Source: Blastocystis sp. Blastoise
Taxonomy: Eukaryota > Protista > Bigyra: Opalinata
Length of the DNA stretch: 64,000 nt
Direction: 5' to 3'
NCBI GenBank assembly: GCA_039096225.1
Contig: JBBPEB010000017.1
Span: 620,001 to 684,000, forward strand
Below are positions 29,688 to 43,656 of this stretch, in pieces (within the stretch, counting starts at the first letter, position 1; each line of letters begins with the position of its first letter). The notes under the pieces were generated by a model. The model was given only the letters and a program-made list of their open reading frames with translations. It was not told the DNA's origin and searched no databases. The position numbers were made by a program, and so were the translations under genes.

Positions 29688-31327
29688 ACAGTACTATTAT
29701 TTTTTTTTAAATCTTAATCGTCTCTTCTTCTTTTTTTGTTATTTGTTATATATCTTCTACATATATATAAAGTTCTATATATCTTTATACAAAATTCATT
29801 ATATATACTCAAATTTTTGGTGTTTCTTATATAGTATTTCTATATGATTTGTTTTGGTTTTATCTTTCTTTAAATAAAAACTAGGCTTCTTAAATTACTA
29901 TAGAACATGTATTAACAAATAGACTTTTGTATTATTAAATTCAATGTTTTTTTGTTTGAAAAAGAAGAAAAAATACATTTTAATAGCTACTTTTATTAAG
30001 CCTATAAAATGAAAACATTTCCCTTTTATCAATATATATATAAATATATATATAACTTACAGGCTTTTTTTAAACTATATTTTTTTTGCAATTATTATTC
30101 GTATAAGTACTTTTATGCTTTTAGTAATCCCACTAATAAAAAATGATATAGTGAGTTGAGAAAAACTAGTCCAAAAAGTGGCTTTAGATTATATATGATA
30201 CAATTAAAAGAAAGAATGATAGACAATAGTTATAGGCCTTCAAATAAAAAAATGAATAATATTTTAATGAAAACAAAATCTTAAAATATATTCTCTGTAT
30301 ATAATATATATAAGAAATTATTCATATATTATATTATGTTATATATAATATTATCACCATCTACAATAAATATATATTATTCGCTTTAATTATATTTTTT
30401 TATTGAATATATATATCCTCTATTTCTTATACTTAATATATATCATCGTTAAATATCATATTCTTATAGTCATTTATACTTCTTTTTCATGAAATACTTT
30501 TAAACGCTTCTTTTCTTATATGACTTATTTATGTTTTAGATTTTTTCAAATATATATAAATGCTTTCTCTAAATCCGTTTAATAAACATGAAACAAAACA
30601 AAATAGTAGAGTTGAATCTCGAACAATAAAAAATGATAGATAATTATATTGTTATGAAAAGATATATATATTAAAAAAGATAAGAAATATAAGGTTAAGT
30701 ATGAATATCAAGAATTCTATGAATAAAAAACTTGATAGAATTATGTTTTGAGTAATAAGAGGAGATATATCAAGAAAGAAAACAGCAAGATATATCTATA
30801 GTATTTGGGAATAAGAAAAATGAAATATTGTATGATGATAATAGTATTATTAATTATATAATGTTTCTATATGTATATAAATAATAAGAATAATAATAGA
30901 TATTGATGTGAAAATATATATGATATATAGGTAATATAGATATAGTCACATAATATAAAATAATAAAGGAATATCATCATAAAAAATGAATAAAAACTTA
31001 TATATAATTTAATAAAAATCTCTATTTCAACTGAAAATATATAAAAAAAGAATGAAATATATAAAGAAAAAATGAATCGTTATTAGTATGTTTATATAAA
31101 AGAGTGTATGTAAATGTATTAATGTAATTTGTATTAATAATTAAATATAAAGAAATTTATTATATGCAAACAATATAAAATTAAATATATATATACATTG
31201 AAAAAAGATTTATATGTGAGTTAAAGAAAATATATATGAAGTTAAAAATGTAAGAATATCATAATAAATAAAAGAGATGTGTATAAAATAAATAATGAAA
31301 TGATTTAAGAAGATTATACTATAATCA

Positions 31328-34300
31328 TTAGTATATATATGTAGAGATACTATTTGAACTAATCATAGTATTGTATTTTATCTCTTGGTACAGAATTTCA
31401 ACTGAAGTATAACTAAAAGGAATTATTTTCTTTAATTGATTCTTTAATACATCTTCATCAAAATAACTGGAAAATGTTGCGCTTTCAACTAAAACTTCAT
31501 TTGGTATATTAAGTATAAACACCAACATAGTTACCCCTTCAAATTCATATACACTTGAATCTACACCAACGTTATTTAATTGAGATAAGGGAACTTTACT
31601 AGATATCAAAATAGATCTATATATAGAAATAAATATATCAGGTTGAATCATTTTTTGTGTGAAGCCATCGAAAGCAAATGCCAATGCTTTTATATTTCCA
31701 TCTGGCATTTTTACTGTTCTTATAGGAACTATAACATAACTTAATTGAACTTGTTTACAGAAATATGTTAAATAGTAGATTTTTTTATCACGTTCAACCA
31801 TATATAAACTATAATTATTCAATTCAATATCTTTATAGTGGTCATCAGAATAGAGACAGTATTCTTTATCAGCATATAAAGTAGCATGACTATTAAGAAG
31901 AGAAGAAGAAGAACTGAATGGAGTATTTTGATAATTCGTGATTGAATTCATAAATAATTGTCTTTTAGAAGAAGAATCAGTAGAATAGAAATCTCTATTT
32001 GAACCATAATAAACATGAAGAAGAAGAGAAGTAATGGAATCATCACCAGTTATATAATCTGTGGTTAGAAGAAGATCTGTAAGTTGATATTTAAAAGTAT
32101 TTACAAAGGTTCTTGCTAAAGATTCTAATAAAGAATAAATATCATCAATAGTTGTCATTAATTGCATAGAATAATCTAATGATTCTAAAGCTTTACCAGG
32201 AATAGATACAGGTCGAGGATCTATAGATGATAATAAATATGATAATAAATATGATAATAAATATGATAATAAATATGATAATAAATATGATAATAAATAT
32301 GATAATAAATATAATAATAAATATGATAATAAATATAATAATAAATATTAATATAAAAATAAAAATAATAATAAAACATACAACAAAGATCTTTCTGAAT
32401 ATCATTAGACCAAGTAGGTTCAGATATGTAATCACAAAATACTTTGTAATAGCCATATTGATTGTCATTAGTACAATTAACAGCAGCATTCTTCAATATA
32501 TCAGTTTCAGGATATAAATAGGAATCAATAGTACTAGCAGGACAAGTAGCATCATTAATAACACATTTATTATTAATAACAACTTCATTTTCATTACAAG
32601 GAGTACATAAATAATTATTACCATTTAATGAAGTGACATAACCATTTATACATTCTACACATTCATTACCATTATAATATGTAGTACCGGTACAAGGAGT
32701 AGAACTAAATATGCATTCACTAGTATTAGGTTCTTCCCATTCACCTTTATTATTGCAATACCTATATTGATTGCCTGTATATCCTTGAGGACAAGGAAGA
32801 GAAGCAGTAGATTCAAGATTAGTTTCTTGCCAATTATTATCAGCTGAACATGATAAACCTGAAACTGTAATAGAAATTTGATTCAAACTTACAGTAATAC
32901 CTTCATCATTTGTATAAGAGAGAGTATAAGTAGTTTTAAGAGATGGAATAGTAGGAGTACCATAAATTCTTTGAGTTACAGAATCTATAATAATACCTTC
33001 AGGAAGAGTAGGAGAACTTGTAATAACAATACCAACACTATCTATTGTATAATATTGTTCATAGAAATTATTGTTTTTAATAATAATATTTGTTTCTTCA
33101 AAATATAATTCAGAAGGATTCTTCTTTATACATGTTTCATCACCTTCAATTTCTTGTAAACCATTGTCTTTGCATAAACGTTTAGCATTACTAGTATATC
33201 CTTCAGGACAAATCTTATAAGAATATTTGTCATATCTAGATGCAGACCATTCATTGCCTACACAACCAGAATCAACATAATAATAATGTAGTACATTTAG
33301 AATAGTCATACTTTCACTTTCACTTTCAGATATATCTGGATCTATTCCACATTTTGTGATTCTCATGCGATATGAGCTATAACATTTATTTAAATATAAG
33401 TCTTTATAATCCCTAGTGTCCATACTGATATTATCCATTGATGATAGTTCATCCCATTGAGCACCATTATTATTATTTGCTTCTATTACAATAGATTCAG
33501 GACTATATGATATACTCATATCATGGTTATAATATAAATAAAACTGATTTACATCTATACATGTTTCATCATTATATGTATAGGTGAATATACTATTTGA
33601 ACATTTATTATGTACTACTGTATATGTACTATCATCATAATCATATAGATTACTTAATGGATATTCAGGATCTACATCACCGTTAACAGACAATGAAATA
33701 GGTATTGGTGAATAGACTGAATTAATAGCACCTATTGTCACAGAAAGTCCATTATTTGGTTGAATGATATTATTCAATTTGTGTATTTCAATAGCAATAA
33801 TATTATCACCTATGATACGTATTCTTTGATCAATAAAAACAGTTACAACAGTTCTATATGGTTTATATTCACTATATTCAGTAGTAGCTAATGTATTATA
33901 TTCAACATTATCACCATTATTCATATTTACTCTTCTTACTTCATAACCATTTATATATATAATCATACCAGCATAGGTAGATACAGTTATATCTAATTGA
34001 TATTCTAAGGATATTAGTTCTTCTATAGTATAATGCATTCTATAATATTGAGTAATACTATCTTCAGGAACATCAGGAAGAGAAGAAACAGAAGGAACAG
34101 TAGACCATACATTATCATTAAATAATAATGTATTCCAATGTTTAGGAGGAGCTATATTATCATATGAATATATAATAGCCATCTTGGATGCATCTACATA
34201 TTGAGTGAATGATAAATATACATTTTTATTATGATCAAATTCACTATAATATTTATTATTGACATAAATATGTGATACTGAACTAGATTCACCATACACA

Positions 34301-37300
34301 ATAGACATAGAGAAGGAGTATATTGATGGAGATAGACATACATTATAGTCTTCTGAACTTCTTTCATATATATGGTATATTTCTTTTACTTGTTGATATG
34401 TCACATAATTCTCTATTATCATTTTATAAGCAGCTTCTTGTTCATATTCAAGTTGAATATTAACAAAGTTATTAGGAAATTGACATGATTGAATGGAAAT
34501 AGTTAATGTATATTCATATGATGTACCAATTACAGACGTAGCATGTATAGTATATATATTATCGCCATTTTCACCATGAATAATACCATATATAGAGCCA
34601 GTATTAGTATTAAAAGTTATTTCATCAGGAAGAGAAGGAATAATAGTAAAATCATGATAGTATTCCGAATTAGTGAATAATATAGATATAGTAGTATTAT
34701 CATAAGCATAATAAGGATTAGAAGAAGTAGATAAAGAAGGTAATGTATCAGAAGTAATATCATCTACAAATAATTCAATCTCAGATATAGAATAATCATT
34801 ACTAACTTTATTATTCACATTATTTGTTAATGTAAATTCTAATTTATTGATTCCAGTAGTTACATCAGACAAGAAGAAACATCTTCTTTGAGAACTATGA
34901 GAATTAAATGCATCCGATATAACAGAATGTTCATGACGATTACCATTTATATCTATAGATTCCACTGTCCATGATTGTGGAGCATCAAGATATTGGTCAC
35001 TAACATATGTTATACAGTATCTATTTATATATTTATATCCATCTTTAATAGATATTGATAATATAGGATTTGTATTATCTGATAGACCATAAATACTTAA
35101 ATATGAATTAACACTTAAGTCTAGGTCTACAACACAATCAATATAAAAAACTTTGAAATAATTTGACACTGTGATACCATAATCACCATAAACTGGAAGA
35201 TTATTATCGGCAACCATTAGAAGAGAAGCATCAAAAGATATATCAATTATATGTTGCTTATCATATAGTAATACAGAAATAGTAATAGTATTTTGATTGT
35301 CAAATAGAGAGAGAGGACCTGTTGCTGTTTGTTCTATAATAGTAGAGGCATCTGTTGAATCTAAATAACCATCTTTAAATCCATGTGCTGCAAGTTCATG
35401 ATTATTAATATAGATCTTTGTATTTGATAATGATTTATAACTTAATACAAAATACTTTTGACTAGTAATAGAAGGAGTGTTAATAGTCTTACGGAATACA
35501 AAATATTGATTCGTGGCAGTAGGAGTGATAGCAGTGGCACCATTAGCAGTAGACCAAGTAGAATCATCAATAGAAGATCCATACCATTCTGTAGGTAAAG
35601 AATCATAAGAATTATATTTCCATTCAGATTTCATTAACATAGAATAATTAGTATTAACATAATAGATTTCAGGAGATTTATACATGGCTCTGATTTTAGA
35701 AACAAGAATATATGTACTACTAAGATCATCTATAACATATACTATCATAAGCGACTCTTCATTCCAAAAACTATTATTTTTTTCTATTAACTCAAAAGAC
35801 CAAGTACCTACAGGACCATAATAATCATAATTTTGATCTAAATATTCACCTTGAACTAAAGTAGTAATTATATTTCCATCTTCTGATTTAATTATGACTT
35901 TTTCATAAGAAGCATCATATCCTGTAATTCTATTCACACGAATATGTGCACAATTAGTAGGATTACAAAATATTTGAAGATTAAATGTATAAGTATTTGA
36001 AGAGCTACCATCTTCATCATTAGTATAAGAAAGAGTATATTCAGTAGTTATGACTTCTTTAGGAGTACCAGATAGAATACATTCAGAAAGTTTTAAGCCA
36101 GTAGGTAAATCAGAAGATAGAACACAATTCGATATTGTCAGAGATAATAAAACAGGGAAATCAATAAATTCATTATCTAAAAAAACGGACATAGCGTATG
36201 TAGGGATATCTTGTAATCTTCTAGAAGCAAGCATAGAGAGAGTATCCATAGAATCTTTAGATTTTGTAATATAAGTAAGAGCATCAAAAGAAGAAAGAAG
36301 TTCAGGATAATCAGCAGTAGTATGTAATTCAATAGCAATTTTTAATGTAGTAAGAGAAACAGAGGAAGCAAGTAATTCTTTAGGAACGACAATACTATAT
36401 ATATTATAGAGTAATATTAATAATATATATACTGTTTATAAGTAGGAACATCTTCAAGAGACTGAGAAGGAGTTTTTTCATTGATTTTAGAGGATCTATA
36501 TATAAATTTAAATAGATAATAAATAAATATATAAATAGATACATAAAAAGATATCTAGATATATAAATGATATAGATATAAATATATATATAAATAGATA
36601 TATAAATAGATACTACATAATGTTATATAGATATATAAATGATATAGATATAAAAAAATATACAAATATATAAACTAAATATACTCAGGTAATAAATAAG
36701 TATGCACTTTAATTCCATTAACATAAACAATAAATCCACTTTGACTTTGAACAGCTAACTGAAGAAGAGTAAAAGAATCATCTACAGTTATATCCTTTCT
36801 AAAATAAACACTAGAACCAGCATTCTTGATTTCTTTATTCTTATATTCTTCACCCCATTCTTCTATCTTACTTTCTTTCCAAGAAACAGCATCAACGTTA
36901 GTGGCATATTTCCAATTAGCACTTGAATCAACAAGAGATGATACTATATAAATAAATATATATATTAATTAAAAAAATACAATTAAATATAATATTTTTT
37001 TTTCCCTTATCATCAGCATATACACGAGAGTTTACAAGAATTATTTTATTATACATTAAGGTAACATAAGAGTCCTTAGCCCAAGCAGTAAAATTCCTAC
37101 AAAATAATATATATATATAATTAACTAATTACATTGAAGATAATTCAAGAGAATAATCTTTATTTGCATCTAAACAGACTTTATAGGTCATCATAGCTAC
37201 CTGAGCAGCAAGGGATTCATCACGGAAAGCAAAACTGTTTCTCAAATTAGTGGATTCAGCAGCATAAAGTTGAATCATTTCACCAGGGTTTCCAGCATAG

Positions 37301-37459
37301 TTTCTTTGAATAGTAACCTCGTAGTCACCAATAGAGCAAGCTTGAGCACCTATAATATAAATTCAAAAATGAAATGACTAAAATAAAATCTAGCAGTAAT
37401 CATTATTGCATACAGAAGGCAGAAAAAAGACAGAACAACACAATCTTGTTATATTTCAT
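31328..37459 (-). CDS. Large secreted/surface protein with He_PIG (putative Ig) repeats, galactose-binding-like jelly rolls and hormone-receptor-type Cys modules
   Basis: Signal peptide MKYNKIVLFCLFSAFC from ATG 37459. Five short 5' exons lead into a ~4-kb exon containing LPTGL, PSLPDEITFNTNTGSIYG, PTLPEGIIIDSVTQRIYGTP, IYINGYEVRR and CSADNNW...CPQGYTGNQYRYC...W. An intron at about 32221-32380 joins it to ORF 31328-32167. Confidence 0.85.
32226..32345. repeat. 12-bp minisatellite (ATGATAATAAAT)n in the last intron of the surface-protein gene
   Basis: Directly visible. Confidence 0.9.
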
Positions 37460-38577
37460 TTTTATAAGAAATAAAAAAAATATGTACAAAAGATGTATTT
37501 CTTTTTTTCTTTTTACTCAAGTAAAGATTTCTTCAACGAAAATAAAAATCATCAGGAAATTTTGGTTTATTTATGGAAAATAGCCATACAAAAATCGAAT
37601 ATATAAAAGTCATTACAAATTGGTCAAAGATAAAAGACATATATCATTCGTTAGTTTCCGATGAAAAGCCAATAATATTTGAGTTTTTGTCTGGAAATCC
37701 ACTATGAACAATTATTATCAAAAATCTGAAGAATAAAGCACAAATATATAGCAAATACTAACAATAATTACGGTTTTTGAAAAGACAACATGGATCTTTT
37801 CATACAGTGTGTTTTGTTAGTCTTTTCTTTTTGTATAAGGCATCTGACAACTTGATGTTGATGTTAGAATAATCGAGACCTAATGGCTCTCGGCGCAGAG
37901 AAAAGCAGAGTGGTTTTATCTTCTGTTTTTTTGTAAGATTCATGTTCTAAGTCAAGTTCTATTATAACTTTGATGTATCATAAGGGTTGTGAAAGATCGC
38001 TGGAAGTACATTAGGTTCTTATTCAAGATATCGTAAAGCACTTTCAAATCCTGTGCATAAATACGTAGTTGGTAATTTCGTCAAGTAACGATGAGTTAAG
38101 CTATCTACTTTGTGCATGAGATGTATAAGAAGTATTATTTTACGAGAAAAAGACTATTTTTTTCTAAAGTGAGTTGTATGTGGTTGATTTAGTCAATATA
38201 ATTGTAAAACTAATTTAGTATCAGATTGTTATGAGTATCTAGAATATAAACATTATTCGGACAATTCTCAAAAGAATGAGTGGATATATTATAGATAGTA
38301 ATATTATTAATAATTCTCAAGTTCATGTTTGCTTAATAAGCATGATTCATTATTGCATTCATACTTTTAAGTAAAAAGAATTTTATCTAAAAAAAGCTTT
38401 ATATTGTTTAATTTGGTTATTAACGAAACACACTATATAAAAAGAAACAAAATTGTTCTTAAAATATCTTTAAAAAATAATATATTTATAAATTCAAATA
38501 GAAAAAGATGAAAAGAAATAGAAATAATACATAGAAAATAAATTATATATATATATATATGAAATGATAAAAGAATA

Positions 38578-40552
38578 TTATAATTCTTGTTCATTAGATT
38601 CATTAGGTTGTTGTTCGTGTATAGCATGATTTTGTTCATTATTATTCTTATTAATATTATTATTATTAATATTATTAATATCTTCGTTAATATTAGAATT
38701 GAAATGTGAGCCAATAGGAATAATAGTAGTTAATACAGGATCTGAATCTATGAGTATATTATGTAATGGAAATGAAAAGAATTGATCTTTTACGATAGTA
38801 GCTATATACAGATGACAATAAATTATATAGATATTTAAGTTGATATATACAGAAAATATTTTAAAAAAGGTAAAATTGTATACCTTATATATAAATTAAA
38901 TATAAGATATAATAGATTGATTAAGATAATATATATAATAAAATACTATCTGGATTTGTAAGTGCATTATCAAAATAATAAGTAGCTTCCTTTAGGGCAG
39001 GTATACATACATTTATAACATATTCACAAACTTTCTCTTCATTAATAGACATAATAAGTACCTATAGGACAACAATAAATATATAATAAATGTATATATA
39101 TATAAGGTATAATTCTATAAAATGAAAAAAATAAGTCAGTGTAATGACAAACTAGAATATATATAAATAAACAAGATATTTAATACTAAATAAATGTAAG
39201 ATAGATATTTAAAAAAATCTTTTTTTATGTTATTTAAAAAGACAAAGTAATTGAATTCGATTTATCGTTAGAATAATATATAGGATAATAAAAACAATAA
39301 AAATAAATAAATATAAATAAAAAGAATAATAAAATATAGATATATATATACAGGATTATTTGATTTACAAGTAACATATCGTATTTCTGTTTGTCTTCCA
39401 ATTCCAGTTTCATCGCAATGTTGTCCATTATCATATTTATGAGAATAATATTTATAATTCAAAGAATCGATTGTAGTAAACCCAATATCATATGCTAAAA
39501 AGAAAAGAAATATAATAATAATAATAATATATATATTAACTATATTAAATATTATAATTATTTGATTTCATATATATATGTATAATGAATAATATTTAGT
39601 ATAATTAGTATAATATACAGTTCTCTATATTAAATTTCCCTAAACTATATAAAGGATTCTTTTCAGTTGTCTGCCCATTTCCTTGTAAATGATACTGAGT
39701 TACCTATATATATATAAAGGTAATAATCAAAAAAAAATAAACTATAAAATACAAATAAATATATTATTCTTTATAAAAATACTAATAAATTAAAAACAAA
39801 GTGAAAATAATATATTGATTATATAATAATAATAATTCTAAACATAATAATAATAATAATAAACATAAACTTAATACTTCAATTTTATTATTAATTTCAT
39901 AAGTCCACCAACCGTTTGTCTTTATAACAGATTTCATAGATAAATATGATTTCTTAATAATTGTTTCTATTTCTTCATCTTCTTCACTTATAACTTCTTG
40001 ATTTGGATCAAAATTCATTTCTTCATCTTTAATTTCTTTTGATTTATTCGATAAAGAATCTAATGTAGAATCAGAAAATTTATCTTTATTCTTTTCTTCA
40101 TCTATAGATAAATAAATATATTCAAAATAGAGTAAGAAAAGAATATATAGAATACCTTTATTTGATAATGTCTCTGTAAGTATATAATGTATGCCGACTG
40201 GATTATTACACTTAGAACAGATCACCTGTTCGTATTGATATCCAGGATGATGAAGACTATAAGGTAATGTTGAAACAGAAGTAGATTTTAATGAGTTTTT
40301 GTTTACTGTATTAAATTGAATAATATCATAAGACTTAGAATTATCAACTGTAATAGTCTGAATAGCAATATCTGAATGATCTGAATCTAACGTTTTCTTT
40401 TCTTTCATATCATTGATCTCTTCAAAACGATATTTGTCCATTGTTGTCAGAAGATTGCCACACATTCTACATCGAACTCCATCTTCTGTTATATGAGCCA
40501 ATGCCATAATATACATCAATGAAATTACTAGAATTTTCAATATCATTCGCAT
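38578..40552 (-). CDS. ER-luminal protein with Yippee/Mis18/cereblon (CULT) Zn-binding domain and OS-9/PRKCSH-type MRH lectin domain
   Basis: Signal peptide; CRMC...HPGYQYEQVICSKC...VGIHY; then GWWTYEI...VTQYH...SLG, YDNGQHCDETGIGRQTEIRY and INEEKVCEYVI. Ends EQEL*. Six exons, all GT-AG. Confidence 0.8.
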
Positions 40553-41160
40553 CCTTATGTAATAGAATCACGTCAAAATAAACGATTTACAAAATGATTT
40601 AAAAAATGAAATATTCCCGTCAATGTGTTGTTACTGGACGCCAAAAACTGAAATAATCAAAATAATACGCTTTATTTCTCTAGAAAAATAAAGCCCCCTT
40701 TCAAAACCATTTTTCTTCTTAGAAACTGTATTCTTCACAATATTCTAATTTTATTTACGGAGACCTTCCTTTTCTCTATCATCACCATATATAAATAATA
40801 CATAATAATGATTGCTCATATAATAAAGAACTCAAGAATAGAAGGAGATATAATCAACAGAAAACTTGGGATTCTTTATCAATAACCATGGGAAAATGAA
40901 AAATGAAGAATAGATTTATTATGAATGAATAACCGTAATAAGTATAGAAAACATAGAGGATTTATAAAGATTCCCTTAATAAACGTCAGTTCTGCCTATC
41001 CATATGTTCTTGGTTTTTTATTATAGTTTCTGTATTAATTCAATATTTTCCATAAATTAAAATCGCATCAACAATGAGGCTTCAATACCGAGAGAAAACA
41101 AGCAGTTTTCCCTTTTTTTGTCCCAACTTTTCTTAATAGTTGTTTACGTGCATACAAACA

Positions 41161-41614
41161 ATGGCTAGTCAATTATTAATGAGATCTCTGAGGCTTACAA
41201 CTTCTAAGCTCAGTGTCAATGTACCTGCTATGGCTTTTGCAAGATTCTCTCACGATGTTGCTCATGCTACAATTACTCCTCCCTTTATTCAAAGAGCTGC
41301 TCCCACTAGAAGCCTTCCTTCAGGTAATGAATTGATTTGGGATGATGGTGTTGCTCCTGAAACTTGTATTGATTTTGATGTTCCTCAAGTCAGTACTGGT
41401 AGAGCTCTTCGATGGTGGTTAGGTGGTTTAAGTATGTTTGCTCTTCTTGCTTTTGCAATAAAGCTTTATAATCCAAAAGGAATGAAACGAACAGTATATA
41501 CATATATATTTATTACAATTCATTTTTCATTTTATATTTATTTTATTTTTTGTATATTTACAGGCTGAAAGAGTATTACCTTATGAAAACGCTAAAAAAG
41601 CTTTAGGTAATTAA
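41161..41614 (+). CDS. NDUFB8: Complex I accessory subunit NDUFB8 (ASHI), with mitochondrial targeting peptide
   Basis: Arg/Ser-rich presequence; ELIWDDGVAPETCID, ALRWWLGGL plus TM helix, RVLPYEN...LG, matching plant-type B8. Intron 41494-41563. Confidence 0.85.
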
Positions 41615-41880
41615 TTATATCAATAAACGAAATCAAATCTATTTATATATTTATTTATTTTTGGTTCTTTTTTTTATATAATCATGCATGCTTCTTAATT
41701 CTTATCAGATATAAAATATATATATATATATATAATTATGAATCGACATAACTTTTGTTCATCATTAATCAAAAAGATATAAAAAAATTATATTTAAACA
41801 AGACATAACACAACAATAGATTACACATATACAATTTTTGCCATCTAAAAAAAAAATCGATTCTTACAAACACAAGATAA

Positions 41881-42312
41881 TTAAGAATGGTTTAATGGTT
41901 TGTTTACATTCTGATAGATCTTTGCAAGAGATTCAGGAGAACTAGTAATATAAGATAACTTCATTTGAGCAATGATATTTAATAAACCCTCACAACCTGC
42001 AACCTATATAGAAATAGATATCACAAAATTATTGTTTTATGTGAGTAGAGTAATAACGCGAAAATACAATAGAATCTACACTGGTATTCACTCTCATTCT
42101 TTGGATTTCAGGAGCACATGTTTGCCCATCAATCATTTTTGGTACCTAATAAGTACGTGTAATAGATTGGTATTGCTAACAAAGCTATAAAAGACAAATA
42201 CTTGAAGACAGGTAACCAAATGTTTGTATGATTCTTTCAATTTTGCTCTATTACTTTCAATTTCATTTGTGAACTTTGAAGAACTATCGATTATCTTGAT
42301 TTTCTTATCCAT
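41881..42312 (-). CDS. MED22: Mediator subunit 22 (MED22/Srb6/SURF5)-like, 103 aa, 3 exons (absent from the ORF track)
   Basis: Exons 42312-42202, 42145-42068 and 42003-41881 with phase-0 GT-AG introns. FTNEIESNRAKLKESYKHLVTCLQV...MRVNTSVDSIVAGCEGLLNIIAQMKLSY resembles MED22 [23 protein letters not shown]. Confidence 0.7.
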
Positions 42313-42898
42313 ATTAGAAAAAAAGATAAAAAAAGAAAAAGGAGAAAAAGAAAGTCAGTTCTGACAACCAATATTTTATTTATATTTTACTTCAAATCAT
42401 TATATTCCTATATATATATCATTTAAATTCTATATATTTTCTGTCTATAATGTTTATCATTCTAAGAACTTAAATAAAAGCAAATTTATGTAAACGAAGC
42501 TTATAATAATTGCAAAACAATAAAAAGAATCAAAACAAAAGAAAAAATCACATCCCAACAATGAATACAAAAAATTAAAAAATATTGATCAATATTTACA
42601 TGAATATTTCTTAAGAGTCTAGTTAAAAAATAAAATTATCATAAAACAAAGACAACTTTTTTTTCTTATTTACATATGCCTTTTCTATTAACAAAAAGTA
42701 CTTCCATGTTTATTTTATTGTTATTTCAGAGAAAAAGAGGATTCCCATGGAAGAGTCGGACACTCGCCTTTAATCGTTCTTATGGTTGAATTTTATATAC
42801 TTTCTAAAATAGAAAAGATAATACATATATTTATATATATTGAATTATCTTTCGTTTTATTTTCTTATCTCTGATTTATTAAAAGTCAAATAGAAACA

Positions 42899-43586
42899 AT
42901 GGTATGGACAATTGATTCTGTAGCTGGTGGTTCTTTATTACAATGTGGTCCTATATATTCTCAGAATGAGAAGTATGATCTTTAAATATAATTAAATATA
43001 TTTATTTAGATATATGTTTATTTGCCAAGGAGCTAATGTCAGAATGTATGAGATTAATTCATTAAAAATTGTTAGAACCTTTGTATTTATTTTGTATATT
43101 ATTTATCATGATCTAATTTGTTTGTTAGACTGGCCACTCACTTGTAATCACTCAATGTCAAGTAAACTTATCAAATTCTTTACAATTATATGAAACTAAG
43201 AATTATTATTATTATTATTATTAAATTTTTATCTTTTTCATATTTTTTAAATAGTTTTTTAAATAGTTTTTTTTATATTTTTATATTATTATTATTATAT
43301 ATATATATAGTTATATACATGTTCTATGGATGGTACAGTACGTTTATGGGATATTCAAGATGGTAAATGTCTTCAAATCTTTAATTCCCCTGAAAATCAA
43401 AGTATTTTATGTATGGAACAACATCCTTTATTAAGTGACCGTCTCTTTATATGTACAAAAATAAATACAGAGAAAGAAGAGGGTATTTATAGAATTATAT
43501 AGGTTATAATTATATATATATTTATTATTGTTATTATATATATTATTATTATTATTATTAATTGTTAATTATTTATATTATTTATG

Positions 43587-43656
<70 letters not shown>

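Noticed and set aside
37830-37860. ATAAGGC...CAACTTGA resembles a Cas9 tracrRNA nexus region
   Set aside because: Two very short matches; no Cas9/IscB/Fanzor ORF or CRISPR array in the window.
42742-42766. CCATGG-AAGAGTCGGACAC resembles the 3' end of BovB/RTE elements
   Set aside because: Only about 13 nt match, with no tail, target-site duplication or other element sequence; probably chance or a promoter element.
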